Assembly (NCBI GenBank): GCA_965205015.1
Contig: OZ242029.1
Coordinates: 3,712,001 to 3,776,000, forward strand
DNA length: 64,000 bases
Origin: Candidatus Poribacteria bacterium
Lineage (GTDB): Bacteria > Poribacteria > WGA-4E > WGA-3G
Reading direction: 5' to 3'
Shown here: positions 61,622-64,000 of the stretch, piece by piece
Numbering within the stretch: position 1 is the first letter of the stretch
Layout: each line of letters begins with the position of its first letter
The notes under the pieces: generated by a model
Database searches by the model: none
Seen by the model: only the letters and a program-made list of their open reading frames with translations
What the model was told of the DNA's origin: nothing
Program-made: the position numbers and the translations under genes

Positions 61622-61939
61622 CTATTTTGTTGTGGGTTGACCTACTGGATCAAACTCAGTTTGAATGTTTATCCATGAATCCCATCTATAACTTTCCGCT
61701 ACACCAATAGCAAAATTTCTTCCGTTATCCGCAAATGTCTTTACGTTTTCTGGAGGCATATCGGCAAAATGCCTCATCCGCATTATAATAGTGTTTTCAT
61801 CACCTCCAAGTCTAAATGAATACATAGCGGGTTGATCTGGAATCGTATTTATGTAGTGAATATAAGAATTCAACATGACGACTAGCCACTCTAAACGGGA
61901 CGGTGTGTATTCTTCAAATCCGGGTGATCTTTCTGACAT
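61622..61939 (-). CDS. Hypothetical protein
   Basis: 105-aa ORF preceded by AAAGGAG RBS. Confidence 0.6.
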   Translation of the reverse strand: MSERSPGFEEYTPSRLEWLVVMLNSYIHYINTIPDQPAMYSFRLGGDENTIIMRMRHFADMPPENVKTFADNGRNFAIGVAESYRWDSWINIQTEFDPVGQPTTK

Positions 61940-61954
61940 CGTTTATCTCCTTTG

Positions 61955-62293
61955 CTACTTTTGAACAAGTAGAGTAACAATGATGCCTATGAGTGCAATA
62001 AGACTAGTAATGCCGAGCCCCATTAATGCCATCACTTGGGTTTTTACACCCTTGAGGTCATCCTGAATGCCCTTGAGGTCATCCTTAAGATCAGCCTTGG
62101 CTTCTCTGAGGTCATCCCTGAGATCCGTTTTGACTTCCCTAATGTCTTTCTCAAGGTCTGTTTTGACTTCTTTAACTCTCTCCTCTAAGTGGGATCTTAC
62201 CTCAGATAACTCCCGACTATACTGTTGTTCTTTTTGGGTGAGATAGCCTTCAAGCCCAGCAGTTATATCCTCACCTAATCTTCTGTTTTCCAT
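61955..62293 (-). CDS. Small coiled-coil protein with C-terminal transmembrane anchor
   Basis: 11-aa repeats (EVKTDLxxDxR), hydrophobic C-terminus, AGGAG RBS. Confidence 0.7.
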   Translation of the reverse strand: MENRRLGEDITAGLEGYLTQKEQQYSRELSEVRSHLEERVKEVKTDLEKDIREVKTDLRDDLREAKADLKDDLKGIQDDLKGVKTQVMALMGLGITSLIALIGIIVTLLVQK

Positions 62294-62557
62294 GAATTTC
62301 TCCTGTGAAGCAGCGTTTTGTGGTGATGTTCATTAGACAGTTATGAGTATACCACAAAAGGAAAAAAACAGCAAAGTGGCACTATCTGTCTGTAAGTTTC
62401 CGTCCCCATGTCTGTGGTTCTGGCAGTAGCATGAGAACCTCGTCCTGTTTCTGGGGTCTGTCGACTAAATCAATGCGTTTGGAATTTTCGTTGATGAGCG
62501 TGGTCTTCTGACCAGATGCCTGCGCGAGTTGCGCCTTGAGATCAACGATAAGGAAGA

Positions 62558-62917
62558 CTATTCTCTGTCAGGCTCGGAGAAAGAATCGTCAGATTCGTGT
62601 TCCAATTGTGCGAGGCGTTTGTCGAGTTCCTGCTGCTTCCGCTCCAAGTGAAGGACATATAGAATGAAGACTAACCAGATGACTAAATAGGCGGCGGCAA
62701 GATATTTGAGGCGTGTGCTTTGCGCCTTTTCCAGTTTCGGGACGGATAGTTGCACCCCCTGTGCTAAAAGGTCTTCATCCATAGGGGATTCTAATTCTGA
62801 ATTTACTTCTGTAACAACTTTGTTGACTTCATCGTCTGTTAAGGTGATCGGGACTTGGGTTGCAAAGATGAATACCCCCAAAATCACCCCAAAACTCACA
62901 AGAACCGCTATTTTCAT
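62558..62917 (-). CDS. CcmD-like heme exporter protein with N-terminal extension
   Basis: YLAAAYLVIW..F..Y motif; coupled to ccmC. Confidence 0.6.
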   Translation of the reverse strand: MKIAVLVSFGVILGVFIFATQVPITLTDDEVNKVVTEVNSELESPMDEDLLAQGVQLSVPKLEKAQSTRLKYLAAAYLVIWLVFILYVLHLERKQQELDKRLAQLEHESDDSFSEPDRE

Positions 62918-63594
62918 TGAGATACCTCCCCTAAATATTTCTGCCGGACGATTTCATAGCGCGCTTCTGCCTTTTTCATTCGATATCGCACGATAAGCAG
63001 TAGAACAAACAGCATAATGAGTGCGAGCAGTGCCACCATCCATGTATGCTGCATCGTCGCTTCCAGGTTCCATTTAGTGCCACGGTCTGGATGCAAGCCT
63101 CCGTGCCAGATGTCTACGGCATAATAGACGATGGGTACGTCAAGATAGGCGATGATACCGAGGACGGCGGAATAGAGTCTACGTTTATCGCCTTCCAAGG
63201 CGGAACGGAGAATAAAATAACCGACGTACATGAGCCAAAGGACGAGGGTGCTGGTGAGACGCGCCTCCCAATTCCACCATGTATTCCAGGCGTATCGCGC
63301 CCAGATTGGACCCGACAGGAGTGCGATCGTGCAAAAAACGAGACCGAGTTCCGCTGCGGCGACTGCGAGAAGATCGTCGTTGGGTTTTCGTTGGATGAGG
63401 TATTTGATACTAAAGACGCAGTTAACACCGAAAGCCACAAAAACGGTGAGTGCGGCAGAGACGTGGTAGTAGAAGATTTTTTGGACTTCAAGCATTGTGC
63501 CTTCAATGCGGGCGTATCCGAAGATGAGATAGAGCGAGATAAAGACGAGAATGGCAGTGAGAGTGCCTACAATTTTAGTGCTTAGTTGTCCCAC
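62914..63594 (-). CDS. ccmC: Cytochrome c biogenesis heme chaperone CcmC
   Basis: IFYYHV, GPIWARYAWNTWWNWEARLTS Trp-rich motif, LHP. Confidence 0.88.
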   Translation of the reverse strand: MGQLSTKIVGTLTAILVFISLYLIFGYARIEGTMLEVQKIFYYHVSAALTVFVAFGVNCVFSIKYLIQRKPNDDLLAVAAAELGLVFCTIALLSGPIWARYAWNTWWNWEARLTSTLVLWLMYVGYFILRSALEGDKRRLYSAVLGIIAYLDVPIVYYAVDIWHGGLHPDRGTKWNLEATMQHTWMVALLALIMLFVLLLIVRYRMKKAEARYEIVRQKYLGEVSQ

Positions 63595-64000
63595 AATGAA
63601 CTCCCCGTTAGAATTTCGGGTCCGTCCGAGAGGATCGCCACGGTATGCTCAAAGAGCGCGGACAGGGTGCCGTCAAGCGTTGAGACGCTCCAACCATCTT
63701 CGAGTATCTCGACATCAGGGAGTCCAACGTTCACCATCGTTTCAATGGCGAGAACCATGCCCGGTCTCAGACGTAGACCGCGTCCTGCAACCCCCATGCA
63801 GGGGATCTCTGGTGCCTCATGGAGATTCCGCCCGATGCCGTGTCCGGCAAAATCTTGGAGGACAGAAAACCCTTCGGATTCTGCACCCTCTTGTAACTTA
63901 GAAGAGATGTCGCCGATACGATTTCCCGGTTTCGCTTCGGCTATCGCATTGTAGAGAGAACTCCGAGTTACGTTAAGTAACCGTGCGGCTGTCGGTGAAA
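63582..64000 (-). CDS. map: Type I methionine aminopeptidase, 3' part (5' end outside the window)
   Basis: GHGIGRNLHEAP, AIETMVN, SALFEHTVAI. Confidence 0.92.
   Translation of the reverse strand, partial: SPTAARLLNVTRSSLYNAIAEAKPGNRIGDISSKLQEGAESEGFSVLQDFAGHGIGRNLHEAPEIPCMGVAGRGLRLRPGMVLAIETMVNVGLPDVEILEDGWSVSTLDGTLSALFEHTVAILSDGPEILTGSSLWDN

Overview
Bacterial chromosome segment, most likely Candidatus Poribacteria. That assignment is an inference from the PhyH-family genes, the secreted proteins ending in a VxPxxKLxTxWxxLK motif and the short intergenic palindromes. The centre (about 10.25-35.84 kb) is a type III-D CRISPR-Cas island between two divergent PhyH genes, bracketed by a decayed direct repeat. 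It holds two related arrays of 38 repeats each (minus strand, duplicated leaders); an adaptation module cas2 - SWIM zinc-finger gene - internally deleted reverse transcriptase - cas1; an effector operon (cas10, cas7-csx10 fusion, cas11, three cas7, csx19, an unknown helical+OB-fold gene); three different CARF effectors; and a cas6 with a 1-bp lesion at its start plus an upstream scar copy of its 5' end. Outside the island are housekeeping genes (folD, mutS2-dnaG-rpoD, three tRNAs, map-ccmC-ccmD), a paired amidohydrolase-fold + Rieske cluster, an Rpn-family gene with an internal start site, and a glutamine-dependent NAD synthetase of strikingly eukaryotic (NADSYN1/Qns1) type. All family calls come from motif recognition by eye; no database search was run.
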